The translations under genes were made by a program, and so were the position numbers. Positions 25,876-39,059 of a stretch of 51,032 nucleotides of DNA are shown one piece after another (positions within the stretch are counted from its first letter, which is position 1; every line of letters starts with the position of its first letter). The DNA is taken from positions 1 to 51,032 of the forward strand of contig NW_021832731.1 of the NCBI RefSeq assembly GCF_006345805.1, given 5' to 3'. The DNA comes from Octopus sinensis. Taxonomy: Eukaryota. The notes under the pieces are model-generated. The model was not told where the DNA came from. It did no database searches and saw only the letters and a program-made list of their open reading frames with translations.

Positions 25876-26152
25876 ACGATGAATAGTTTTGCATAAATCA
25901 TTGGTTCGCTTTGTTCTCTTACTTTATTATCATCTTATAATCATCTCATAATAATGACTTTTATGACTCGTATTACTACCTTAGTCAATCTAATGTATAT
26001 ATTTTTTTTCATTACCTGTCATAAATAGCCTTTTTCTATTTGCCAATATGCATTTTCGTTGATTTTTTATATTTTATACCCTTACATTTCCCCCACTGTG
26101 ATTTTTATATTTTCTTTTCGTAACATATTTCTATTATATATATATATATATG

Positions 26153-26302
26153 ACAGCCTTCTTTCAGTTTCCGTCTATCAGATCCACTCATAAGGCTTTG
26201 GTTGGTCTGAAGCTATAGTAGAAGACACCTGCCAAATGTGCCACGCAGTAGGTCAGAACCTGAAACCATACGGTGTGGAAACAAGCTTCATACCACACAG
26301 CC
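26153..26302 (-). mobile_element. SINE family B 5' half
   Basis: ctttcagtttccgtcta...agctatagtagaagacacctgcc...ccacgcagt...ccacacagcca. Confidence 0.85.
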
Positions 26303-26409
26303 ATTTGATGTGAGGTTTGTAATGACTTGACAGGTCAACATGTTTAATATAGAAACATTTAAGTGAACATTAGTGATTGTTGGTATACACTCTATAGTAA
26401 ACCATAATC

Positions 26410-26990
26410 AATTATGTATGGAAATCTGTAGAGATATATTTTCAATGATGTATGGAAAGCAGTAATTTTTTTTTTTCAGTTTCTGTAATTTAAGCTCACT
26501 GTGGAAAAGAATTGCTACGCAGTGTTTGGAAAACTAATGAATTATGCATGAGATACTGTTATGTTATATTCTCAATTATGTATGGAATACACAAACATTG
26601 GTTTTCAATTTTTGTACGGTAGACATCTCTATGGAACACAGTTAGTACCCTCTCTATGGAAAACTGTAATTATCTATGGGAGCCTACGATGATATTCTCA
26701 CAATTATGTATGGAAAGCAGTAATGCAATTTTCAATTTTAATTCGATAAAAATTCTATAACCTGCAATTTCTACTCACCCTGTGGAGAACTAATGTACTA
26801 TCTATGGGAAGCCGTAATGAAATTTTCTCAATATTAAATATGGAAAGCAGTAATGCTAGTTTTAAATTTCTATATTGTAAACATTCTTTTGAGTGAAGTT
26901 GCTGCACATACCATGGAAAAACTAATAAATTATCTATGGGAAACTGTAATGAAATATTCTCATTTATATATGGAAACCAATAACATTAGT
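26410..26990. repeat. Degenerate ~130-bp tandem repeat (4-5 units) built on tatggaaa/tatgggaa submotifs
   Basis: Related tatggaa blocks at ~26575, ~26702, ~26834 and ~26964; (a/c)tatctatggg at ~26670, ~26800 and ~26932. Confidence 0.75.
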
Positions 26991-27087
26991 TTTCAAGTCT
27001 TGGATAATAATATATCACCGGTCTACAGAGATGGATTAGAGAAATTCTTACAGCGTCTGATGAAAAGTCATGATATTTGTTTCAGCA

Positions 27088-27295
27088 GAGGCGGCAAGAT
27101 GGCAGAATTATCAACACGCCGGACAAAATGCTCTGTGCCATTTCGTCCATCTTTATGTTCTGAATTCAAATACCGCCGAGGTAGACTTTGCCTTTCATCC
27201 GTTCGGGCTCGGTGAAATATGTAGCAGTTGTGTACTAAAGTCGATGTAATCGACAAGCCCCGAAATTCCTGGCCTTGCGCCAAAATTTGAAACCA
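27088..27295 (+). mobile_element. SINE family A monomer
   Basis: gaggcggcaagatggcagaatt...gttctgaattcaaataccgccgaggtagactttgcc...aaagtcgatgtaatcgac...ggccttgcgccaaaatttgaaac. Confidence 0.85.
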
Positions 27296-27504
27296 ATATC
27301 TCCATCTATATATATCAGAAGAAGGGATTTTATTCCGAAATATTATCAGACTATGGATGACTGAATTACAACAGGTATATAGCCCATTGTCTGTATTATA
27401 GTGCATTGTTGTACCATTCAAAACTTTTTATTCTTTACAAACAATACACAATGCTTCAAGCGAACTACATTACTCTCCAATATTGTGATAGCTCTAAGTG
27501 GAAG

Positions 27505-27722
27505 AAGGGCTAACTGGCAGAACCGTGGCGGGGGGTAATGCAGAACGTGGGGGGAAATGCGTAGCAGTACTTCTTTCGTCTTTATTTTCTCAGTTCAAAT
27601 TCTTCCGAGGCCGACTTTGTCTGTCAGGGTGGATAAAACGGGTACCAACTAAACACTGGAGTCGACGTCATCGACTTACTCCCTTCTCCGAAATGTCTCG
27701 CCTTGTGCCAGGATCTCTAATC
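27505..27722 (+). mobile_element. SINE family A, degenerate
   Basis: ctggcagaaccg...tctcagttcaaattcttccgaggccgactttg...aacactggagtcgacgtcatcgact. Confidence 0.8.
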
Positions 27723-28378
27723 AGTATTATATTAGTTCGTTTACTAATTTTAATTATTATAGTCTCTGCTCAATTATAGAATGACCGTAAGCACAAACAA
27801 TACTCCACCAACGATAACAGACACACTCTAACAATGCAGTATTAAACAACAGGGCACATAGGGGCGTAGTAAATACCACAAGGTCAACTCATTTTGTCCC
27901 ACTCACAGCTCTTCACTTCACGATACTAGTCTATCACCTTCTCCGGCAGCTAAATTACAAAAAAAAAAAAGAAGAAAAATGTTTAACGTTAACTAACATT
28001 TACTGAATTTAACGAACATATCACTCATAATTAACGAATGGATCATTAATTAACGTAGAGATTACACATTATGTAACAATAAAAAGAAGGCATTTAAAAC
28101 ATTAGTGAGTATCTGCTGACATCTTAGATGATATTTCATTGGCTGTTTTGTGGCACAGCATGAATCGGCCGACATTTCCTCATTTTGTTTACAAACAAAG
28201 CTTGCAATCAATTAATATGAATTACATTTGCGTTGCTCGGATTGATATCGATACGCTTCTAATTATCATCATTATCATCATCATCATCATCATCATCATC
28301 AACATCATCATCATTCATGACTTTGTGGTTGTTTGAAATATTATTATTATTATCATTATTATTATTATTATTATTATT

Positions 28379-28938
28379 GAGTGAGAGAGCAGTTCATGCC
28401 ATCAAGTGACACTGGGGTGAAATATACGAAGCCCAATATACCCATCATGACTACTCCGTCTGATAAGGGGTACACCAGGCACATTCATCACAACCATATG
28501 TGCGCGACATGGTGATCTCATATCAAGATAAACAGCACATGACCTTGCAGTTGGGCCCAGTTAGAATTTTCTTCAGGTTAGTTGCCCATCCCGCTCAAAA
28601 GGTCCCTGAATAAGGGTTGTTAATGATGTTGAAGAACCACCCGTTTCCAGAGGTGAATTATTCCAACTCCAAAGAATCCCTCTCAACACATGGCTATGAT
28701 GATGCTCCCCCACTACTTCTGCTCGTGATCAGAGATGCACACATCGTCAGCCACTAAGGGACATGCTCAACTGTTAAAGTCAAACAACTGACAACAAATC
28801 TGTGGTATTGAGCAGAATATTTGCTGTAGCCCATCTTTATACCAAGACAAAACAATGTACATGATAACACTTCCAATCAGTTTAAGATCAGAAGCCATGA
28901 GAGCACACTGCCTGGTACTGGCATCATGGCATTTATTC
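28379..28938 (-). mobile_element. ~560-bp non-coding interspersed element flanked on both sides by (ATT)n; partial copy at 42432-42568
   Basis: Complex non-ORF sequence between trinucleotide tracts; its left ~150 bp recurs at 42432-42568, also beside a trinucleotide tract. Strand is inferred from the truncation pattern. Confidence 0.7.
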
Positions 28939-29009
<71 letters not shown>

Positions 29010-29011
29010 TA

Positions 29012-29079
<68 letters not shown>

Positions 29080-29181
29080 CTATTATGATTATTATTATTA
29101 TTCTATTATTATCATTAAACCGTGTGTTTTTGTGTGAAGGACGATTATGTTAAAAAATCATTAAAAGATTTTAGGAATCTT

Positions 29182-29215
<34 letters not shown>

Positions 29216-29324
29216 GATATTATTGCCATTATCCTGCTACCACGTGATTTTATTACAACCTCAGTTAGGGTTTTAGCAATCACAAGCAGAAGCAGCAGCA
29301 ACAGCACTAGCAGCAGTAGCGGTA

Positions 29325-29345
29325 GTAGTAGTAGTAGTAGTAGTA

Positions 29346-29408
<63 letters not shown>

Positions 29409-29415
29409 CAGTAGT

Positions 29416-29447
<32 letters not shown>

Positions 29448-29470
29448 TAGGTAGTAGTAGTAGCAGTAGT

Positions 29471-29526
<56 letters not shown>

Positions 29527-29545
29527 CAGCAGCAGCAGCTGCAGC
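29325..29545. repeat. (GTA)n/(GCA)n compound array
   Basis: Alternating trinucleotide blocks. Confidence 0.97.
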
Positions 29546-30269
29546 AACGACAACTACCTCCGTAGCTACAGCAACAGCTGGGTTTTCTCTGCTCGTCCCA
29601 AGACAAATTTGATTGGATACATCTTTCAACTAAGACGTCCCGTCCGTGACATTCCTGTCGTTCACTTGCTTTTTGTTTTGTCATGCTTTGTGAGACATAT
29701 TGTCTCAATTATACCATTGTCCCATGTCACCTTCCATTAATTCGATTAAAAATAGTACCTTGTGATTTGAAGATTTAACAAGCTGTTATTTCTAGCAAGG
29801 TGAGAACCTAAGTGAAGAGTCCAGTTCTGGTTCTGAGATTGCTTTCGCGTTGATGTTTTTTTGTTTTTCACAGCTGAACAATGACGGCCTCTTTAAACAT
29901 GGCGTAAAACTACAAAACCTAGCAACGGGCTCTCATCAACTCTATAACAGCCATTTTGTATGTACATACATATATATACATTTTTAACAATGTTTCTGCG
30001 AATGCATATATGCATATATATATATATACATACATACATATATTACTACATACATATATATACATATATATATACATATATGTATATTATATATATGCAT
30101 ATTTATATATAGATACATACATACATACATATATATATATATATACATACATGCATATATATATATTTATATACATACATATATATATACACATATATAT
30201 ACATATATATATACACACATATACATATATATATATACATCCATATATATATATATACAAGTAGATGTA

Positions 30270-30311
<42 letters not shown>

Positions 30312-30313
30312 AT

Positions 30314-30706
30314 ATAGGTGCAGGAGTGGCTGTGCGGTATGTAGCTTGCTTCTCAACCACATGGTTCCGCCGGGTTCAGTCCCAGTGAGTGGCACCTTGG
30401 GCAAGTGCTTTCTACTATAGCCTTGGCCCGACCAAAGCCTTGTGAGTGGATTTAGTAGATGGAAACTGAAAGAAGCCCGTCGTATATACATGTATATATG
30501 TATGAATATGTTTGTGTGTTTGTGTTTGTCTCCCAACATCGCCTGACAACCGATGCTGGTGTGTTTACGTCCTCGTTTCTTAGCGTTTCGGCTAGAGAGA
30601 CCGATAGAATAAGTACTTACAAAGAATAAGTCCTGGGGTCGATTTGCTCGACCAAAGGCGGTGCTCCGGCATGGCCGCAGTCAAATGACTGAAACAAGTA
30701 AAGAAT
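30314..30706 (+). mobile_element. SINE family B, full length
   Basis: ataggtgcaggagtggctgtgcggt...gggttcagtccca...ggcaccttgggcaagtg...ctggggtcgatttgctcgac...gactgaaacaagtaaag. Confidence 0.9.
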
Positions 30707-30884
30707 AAAACAATATGCATATATATACGTATATACTTACCTAAATATGTATGTGTGTGTTTGTGTGTGTGCGTGTGTGCGTGTGTGCGTACGAGAGAGC
30801 TTATAATACAAACGCAAACATATATACAGATCAACAGCTAGATAGATAGATATACAATAGATAGATAGACAGGCCTATGTCTGT

Positions 30885-31285
30885 GTATGATTGTGTGGGA
30901 CTCAGTGTGTGTGTGTGTGTATGTGTGTGTGTATGTGTGTGTGTATATGTGTGTGTATGTGTGTGTGTGTATGTGTGTGTGTGTGTGCGTGTGTATGATT
31001 GTGTGTGACTCAGTGTCTGTGTGTGTGTGTGTATGTGTGTGTGTGTGTGTGTGTGCGCGCGCGCGTGTGTGTGTTGTATGTGTGTGTGTGTATGTGTATG
31101 TGTGTGTATGTGTGTGTGTATGTGTGTGTGTGTATGTGTGTGTGTGTGTGCGTATGTATATGTATGTGTGTGTGTATGTGTGTGTGTGTGTACGCGCGTG
31201 TGTGTATGTTGTGTGTGTTATGTGTAGTGTGTGCGCGCGTGTATGTGTATGTGTGTGGTGTGTGTGTGTGTGTGTGTGTGTGATT
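30885..31285. repeat. (GT)n-rich microsatellite
   Basis: About 400 bp imperfect run. Confidence 0.97.
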
Positions 31286-31544
31286 ACATTTCGTGCATCT
31301 GTGTATTTCCTGATTTATTATTTACCTGTTCCCATTTTCTTCAAATGTCTTTCTGGCATTTTAATTCTTCCTTTTTTTCCTCCCATTTTCTGATATCTTT
31401 CTCATTTATTTATACATTTATATATTACATATATAACATTTGTTGTAGTTTTCATTTATCAGTGTTGTTTCTCTGTTTCCTCCTCTTCTTTTTTCTCATC
31501 TCTACTTTCACTTTCGGTTTCACTTTCTAGCGTTCTTTATTTAT

Positions 31545-31970
31545 ATGATATATATATGTGTGCGTGTATGTATGTATATGTAAATATATATATACATATA
31601 TGTATATTCATGTATACATATTTACATATACATATGCATATAAATACATATTCATATATATGCATATGCGCATATATATATATATATATATGAGTGTGTA
31701 TGTATATATATATATATGCATACATACATATATACATATATGTATATATTCATACATACATATATACAGATATGTATGTATATATGCATACATACATATA
31801 TACATATATGTATGTATATATGCATACATACATATATACATATATGTATGTATACATGCATACATACATATATGTATACACACACATATTATATATATAT
31901 ATAAATGTATGCATATGTATGTTGTGTGTGTGTGTTTGTATGTGTGCATACGTACATACATATATATTTT
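31545..31970. repeat. (TA/CA) microsatellite with a ~32-bp higher-order unit
   Basis: atatgcatacatacatatatacatatatgtatgtat recurs about 4 times in 31715-31875. Confidence 0.85.
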
Positions 31971-32329
31971 CCTTATTTTTATTTCTTCATAAAAATGAAA
32001 TTAAATGTTTTATTGAAAAGCTATTTAAAACGAAATATTTAATTATTTTCTCCCCGAGTTCTTTAAAATAAAAAAAGATCGATTAGATTTTGGCGTTCTT
32101 TAAGGATTTACATTGTTAATAGGACTTTCCAACTGAATAATTTCTGCTGCTCCTTTGAATAAATTCGCCATTTTTCATATTGCTTTTGACAATGTCATTC
32201 ACTCAATTCTTATTTATTGATCAGTCTTTGCTACATTATATTTTGTGTATTTTTGAAAGAATCTTTTCGATTTTATTTCTTCCTTTAAATTTTCCTGTTG
32301 ACGTGTTAATACGTTGACGTTGATGGTGA

Positions 32330-32346
32330 AGATATTATCATTATTA

Positions 32347-32392
<46 letters not shown>

Positions 32393-32489
32393 CATTATTA
32401 TTATTATTATTATTATTATCATCATCATCATCATCATCATCATTATCATCATTATTATTATTATTAACATCATCATTATTTTATTATTA

Positions 32490-32529
<40 letters not shown>

Positions 32530-32560
32530 GTTGTTGTTGTTGTTGTTATTGTTATTATTG
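32330..32560. repeat. (ATT)/(ATC)/(GTT) array
   Basis: Trinucleotide run. Confidence 0.97.
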
Positions 32561-33114
32561 ATTGCTGATGTTCGGTGTTAATGTTGTCGTCCTTTAAACC
32601 CAAGATGCCTCTTCTACTTATAGTAGAGCTGCAATCGGACGATCAAACGCATCCCATCCGTGGCCATCTCATGTTTTTCCCCTCTCGTGTGAATTACTAA
32701 CACCATTCCACACTTTTGCTACATATCATTCCGTTTACTCCAAAACGTTTTGGTGATGATTGAGAGAAAATAGGCTGCTATTTCTAGCAAATAAAGTAAT
32801 CACTTAGCTTCCTAGTCGTGTTGGGGGTTGACCATTGTACCGTTGTTGTTCCTCATTCCATTCGTTTTTTGTTGATGCTTTGCGTTTCTTTTTTGGTTTA
32901 ACCACGTGACCAGAAATAACATTCAATCCAGACATAAAATCTGCCCCTGTTTCCGAGGACCTCGAACCCGCATATTTTTACGAAAGTGCAATTCGTTCAC
33001 CAAAGCATTACAATAGAATTTAAAGGAGAAAGCTTTTGGCTATTATTTCTAGCAGGTCGAGTAATCATGATGTTTTTTCGTCATTATGCTTAATGTTACT
33101 CGTAATATTACGGG

Positions 33115-33305
33115 TGTGGGGCGTTTCTGCGCCGGACAAAATGTCTAGCGGCATCTCGTCCGTCTCTGCGTTATGAGTTCAAATGCCACCGAGGTTGATG
33201 CTTCTTTTCATCCATTCGGGGTCCATAAACTAAATACCAGTCGATACAGTTGACTTGCCCCCTCCCTCGAAATTGCTGACCTTGTGTTAAAATTTTAAAA
33301 CCATT
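33115..33305 (+). mobile_element. SINE family A, degenerate
   Basis: gccggacaaaatg...gagttcaaatgccaccgaggttga...aaattgctgaccttgtg. Confidence 0.8.
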
Positions 33306-33562
33306 ATTACAATATTGGGGAGTTCTGTTGTTATTGTGGTTATTTTAGACTAGGTCGGCCATTTTGGAGCACAACTACGATTAACGACTTGCCTACCGTG
33401 ACCATCCAGTACGTTTGTTTACATAAGAATACGTTAGCGAATGCGTCATTCCGTTATCAAGTGGCTACGGTATGATTTGATGGCGATTTGGCTGCGGGCT
33501 TTAGCAAGTTTGACGACCACATAGGCGCCTTCTAACTGTCTTGTAGCTATCGTCATTATTCA

Positions 33563-33920
33563 TGTGGTGGTGGTGGTGGTGGTGGTGGTGGTGGTGGTGG
33601 TGATTGTGATGGTGGTGGTATTATTACCACTGCAGCTACCCCGGCAGCTGCTGAAACTACTTCTGATGATGATGATGATGATGATTATGATGATGGTGAT
33701 GGCTTTGGTAGAGGTGAAGATGGTGATGATTATGTTTTTAATGATTATGGTGGTAGTGGTGGTGGTGGTGTGGTAGTAGTGGTGTGGTGGTGGTAGTGGT
33801 GGTGTGGTGGTGGTGGCAGTGGCGGTGATGAGAGTGGTGGAGGAAGGGCATTATGGGGGTTAATATGATGATGATGATAATGATGATGATGATGACGATG
33901 GTGGCAATGATGATGATGAG
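33563..33920. repeat. (GGT)/(GAT) array
   Basis: Trinucleotide mosaic. Confidence 0.95.
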
Positions 33921-34282
33921 GATAATGTCGATGATATCATCTTTACCGTGATTGTTTGTATTTGTGTGATGGTTTGTTTTTTGTTTTATATTTTTGTGTT
34001 TTATATCTTTGTTGATATTTTGTTGTTTGATTAATTAATTCTTTATTTAATTATCTAATTAATTAATTAATTAATTAATTGCTTCGTCACGATTATTTTA
34101 ACTGAATTTCGTTAAAATATAAAATGACGTTTTTCTCTAAAAAGTCTCCTTTAATTTATAACAGTTATTCTTCTTTCTATATTTTCGATAAAGGATGGTT
34201 ACATCAGATTTGCGAAGCTGACAAAAAAAATGAGAACCATTAATGCATTTTATTTCCCTTCATTGCTCTACAAGTGAAAGTG

Positions 34283-34520
34283 GCTGATCTAGAGATGAGG
34301 ATGTTGCACTCATGATCGCGAGATTGCGGGTTCAATTTCCGGAACGAACAGCACGTAGTATTCTCGAGCAAACTGTTTCTTTTCGCGTTGTTCTGTGAAT
34401 CCTTTGAGAACTGGCGTTTGGCTGACTTTGTATCTCTCCAGGCAATGTCGATTTGATGAAGGAAGTGAGTTCAAGTACATCACAACCATTTCATCCCTGT
34501 GAAAAAATCACCTGCACAAG
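34283..34520 (+). mobile_element. Highly degenerate tRNA-headed SINE-like relic
   Basis: ttgcactcatgatcgcgagattgcgggttcaatttccgg resembles a tRNA head with B box. Confidence 0.45.
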
Positions 34521-35876
34521 TTGTTCAGCAGAAAATTGTCAAGTCGTTTTTCTCGGACTGAATACTAAATTTAGTCGTTTGTACTCTATGTACAAAATAC
34601 AGCAGCTCCAACGAGTACAAGCTTTCAATTTGCCTCAGTCATTGCTATAAATCGAATGAAAACGAAACTAAAGTCACATTATTCGGTGACATCACATGAC
34701 ATAAATCTAAACCAATAGTTTAACGCCATCGCCTGAGGATTCGTTGCCTTTACTGAGGACCCATCGCTGCAAACTCGTTTTGCATCAGATCGCTGGCCTG
34801 ATGATATGTACAGTGAAACCTGTTATTACGTCACATGAGCAGTTTACAAAGCATTTCCGAAGAGTACAATGCACTACTATATTGTTATATTTCGAGAGGG
34901 TTATTCTATTAATAAAAGCATATACATTGGTTCTGTTCGTTATTCTTGTGGAAATTTAAAACTAAAAATGGCATGAACAGAATGTGAAACGAAACTCATT
35001 TTAGTCTATCAAAATGAATTTAGTATGATACAAATTTTATCGAGAAACCACGCAAAATATTAAAAGTACACTGTACTCTAAGGAATACAAACAATTACAT
35101 CGATACAAAGACATACTAAACAAAACAAATAACAATATAACAATGCATTATTTATCCATTTCTATACTGATCTGATTTTTTTCCATTTAAAAAATAACGT
35201 CTCCTTATTTAGCGCCAGAATTTCTTTTCGCTAAGCTCAATGAATGTGCGTATAAGTATATGTATTTGTGTGCGCATGCGTAATGTAACTACCAATATAA
35301 TAGGAAATTCTATACAAATATGTTTTCAAACATTGTAACTTATTTCTAAAATATTATACCAGCTTCTCAATATGTATGGAAAATTTTCAGAATAGTTTTC
35401 CTTTTTCCAAACAATGGAAGCTTGTCTACAAAGTTTATGAATATATATTATCCAACTGAAATGTTGAAAAATATTGATATAAATATGTACGCATGAATTC
35501 GTATGTCTATGTATGTGTGCGCATACGTATTTGTGTGAGAAAGTCTGAGTCAGTATTCATATCTACGTAAATAAATCTGTAGTTGTTGAAAACGCAAACA
35601 CTTCAATACATACATATGTGTGTGTATCTATATTTACATATATACACATACATAAACACCCACATATATATATGTGTATATATATAAATATACATATATA
35701 TGGGGATAAAATATTATCTAATTATATATGTACATACATACATGCGTATATATGTATCTCTCTCTCCCTCTCTCTCTCTCTATATATATATATACATAAA
35801 TATATATATATACACACACACATATATATCTATATATATACATGCATTCATACATGCATACATATAAATATAAAAA

Positions 35877-35907
<31 letters not shown>

Positions 35908-35966
35908 GCGCAATTTTTGGATATGTAAACAGACAGACACATAGATAGATAGACAGACAAACAGGC

Positions 35967-36100
<134 letters not shown>

Positions 36101-36389
36101 ACAGAGGCGTGCATATATGCATGTGATTATAGAGCACTCGATAAAATGAAATTGCGTAATATAATTATAAATAAAAAATTTAAGCGATTACGAACGATAA
36201 GCAACTGAAAGTTCCACGCTAAAAGAATTTGTTCAGGTCCTGGCTTTCAACCATAATATGAAATACTATTTTTAGAAAATTAACATTTCCACTGTTATAA
36301 AGGTGCATAAGTATTTGATGGTCTAGGTGAGTTAATAGTCCTTGAAAGTTTTAAATGTTATTGGCGTTACTGTTAAAAAGAAGGCAGGG

Positions 36390-36551
36390 GAAAAATCGAA
36401 GATTGAAAAAGTGTAAAATTTATCAATTGTACATTTATGAAGCATCGATACATCAACAATATATTCAAACTCTCCAGCCTATTCATAGTTTATCGATCCC
36501 ATTTAAGTATAAAAATTGATAAATTTTACATTTTTCTATCATCGATTTTTC
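36390..36551. repeat. Imperfect inverted repeat (MITE-like), ~38-bp core arms
   Basis: gaaaaatcgaagattgaaaaagtgtaaaatttatcaatt versus the reverse complement of the right end, gaaaaatcgatgatagaaaaatgtaaaatttatcaatt. Confidence 0.75.
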
Positions 36552-37337
36552 AGTATTTTTTTCTATAAAACCGCTATTAACAATGTATAAATTGAGAGAG
36601 AAAATAACTCCTCCCGATCATCAAAGAATTACGCACCTAACGGAAGCGAAAAAGTTCATTTCTTTTTCTTTTCTTTTTTTAAGAAAATAAATGCTTTCAT
36701 TAAAAAATGCTTTCAGAACACGTTTGAGCGACCACGCCTGAGCGACTGCATTCGGCATGAAACTATTACATACAACCAGTCACTCGTACAACTTACACCC
36801 ATTCGCACATACACACCCCTACGCATTTATATATACATACATGTGCGTGTGTGTGTGTGGTGTGTGTATGTGTGTGTGTGTGCGTATCTGTACATTATAT
36901 ATATACAAATATACATATACATGTGCATATGTAAATATATATGTATATGCATGTGTGTGTGGGGGTGTATATATGTGTGTGTATACATATATATACATAT
37001 ATCAAGAGAGGGATCACAACAAAGAGAGACAGGGAAGCAAAACTGGCTCAGTAGAATTATGCAAGGATTTCCGCATTTTGCTTAATCGCGTGTATGTCCT
37101 ATACTGCATTGAATAATACACCTGTTAATACATTCATGTATGTACAACTGCATATAATGGTGTATCGGGATATATATATATATATATATATATCAATATG
37201 AAATCAAAAACAACAAACACACAAAGAGGATGTCGCGGTACACGTGTTTCAAGATTTATAAACGACCTGTTCTTACAACCTCTGCTACTAGCTGGCGTAT
37301 ACAGGTGCTTACACTTATCAAGTATTCACCCTAAATT

Positions 37338-37381
<44 letters not shown>

Positions 37382-37787
37382 CGGAGGTGAGTCAAAACGT
37401 AATGCCATTTTGTTTAGGAGAGGTATAATTACCAGCACAGGAACATGTATCATACATTAAAATGAAGCTGGTCCTCTGTGTATCACAGCCCCACTTCTCA
37501 ACATAGTCACGGTTCTCTCAATAGCAATGTTCCACCTGCGAATGAGAGCATGTATCTCTGCCCGGTAAAATTCTGTTGACTGTTCTTTGAGCCACATGTT
37601 CACTACAGCCTTCACTTCCTTGTCACTGGACCATCATCTCTTCGGACCCACGAAAGAGAGTTTGAAAGGCAAACATTATTCTCGGGATGTGATCCACAGA
37701 GGACCAACTTCATTCTGATGTATGTTACATGTTTTTGTGTAATTATACTTATCCTAAACAAAATGGCATTACTTTGACTAACCCTCG
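37382..37787 (-). mobile_element. Non-autonomous mariner (MITE-like) with ~105-bp TIRs, inserted in (TA)n
   Basis: TA|cggaggtgagtcaaaacgtaatgccattttgtttagga... and ...tcctaaacaaaatggcattactttgactaaccctcg|TA are inverted. The interior encodes (minus) WSSDKEVKAVVNMWLKEQSTEFYRAEIHALIRRWNIAIE..DYVEK, a mariner C-terminus. Confidence 0.9.
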
Positions 37788-37797
37788 TATATATACA

Positions 37798-37850
<53 letters not shown>

Positions 37851-37858
37851 GTGTGTTG

Positions 37859-37894
<36 letters not shown>

Positions 37895-38095
37895 GTTCAG
37901 CAAAAATTTAGATTCAAATGAATATGGTACTTAATTTAGATGCACCAGAATTTTGTATGGTGTTATCCATAAAAATTTGCGGGGTGATTATAATTAAAAA
38001 TAAGCAAGTAATACTTACAACTTTTAATAAAATGTTGTTGTGCGAAACAATTGTACCAAATTAGCGGAGTCATTTTTGTTGCTTATTTTTAAATA

Positions 38096-38147
<52 letters not shown>

Positions 38148-38535
38148 TATATATTATATATCTTATGTATGGATGTATGTATTCACATTTACGATGGCAT
38201 TGGGGATTAATATAATCAAAATTTCACTGGTCTAATCTCCATTGCATTAGAAGAAAATCTCCACAATATGTTAGGAATTATTAAAATAGGTATTAATAAT
38301 CATAAGGTAAGAAAATGGAGAGTTGAGGATGTATAATTAATTTATTTGTAAAATAGTATGAAGTTAAACTTCAAATGAAAATGAATTCTTTTAAATTGCA
38401 ATAGAAACCCCAAAAAAATACCTATATATGTTTCGATTCTAATGCATAATAATAATAATAATAATAATAATAATGCACAATTTGAAGCAATTATACATAT
38501 AGAAATATATATATACATATATATCTATATATATA

Positions 38536-38570
<35 letters not shown>

Positions 38571-38591
38571 CATGCATACATACACATATAC

Positions 38592-38660
<69 letters not shown>

Positions 38661-39059
38661 ACATATACATACATATACATATATATGTATCCACAACACA
38701 CACCATATATATGCATATACAGGTATCGTCGTCGATATATATATATAGGTACATACATATATACATACATTCACACACACACATAAACTGATGTACATAT
38801 ATACTTGAATAATCTTAGTTGTCAGGAAATATATCTTTTAATACAGGAATAAATGTATAAATGAATAAATTGCGCTCAATGAAATCATATGCTTACTTCC
38901 ATGTGTCTGTCTGTGCGTCTGTCTTTTTTGAAGTTTAGAATAAACACATTGCTTCCATATTTCCATATAATTCTAGAACTAAAACTGCATTCAGAATTTT
39001 CATTCTTTTAAACTTTTATAAAATTAATTTTTACGCGATAGCTGTACATATTGAGAAAG

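Noticed and set aside
17600-30400. tRNA-like A/B boxes (e.g. 17620-17690, 24540-24610, 30325-30390)
   Set aside because: They are SINE heads continuing into shared repeat bodies; no complete cloverleaf is evident.
34809-35075. TA-cagtgaaacctg, resembling a pogo/Tigger TIR
   Set aside because: No convincing inverted partner; only cactgta near 35070 matches.
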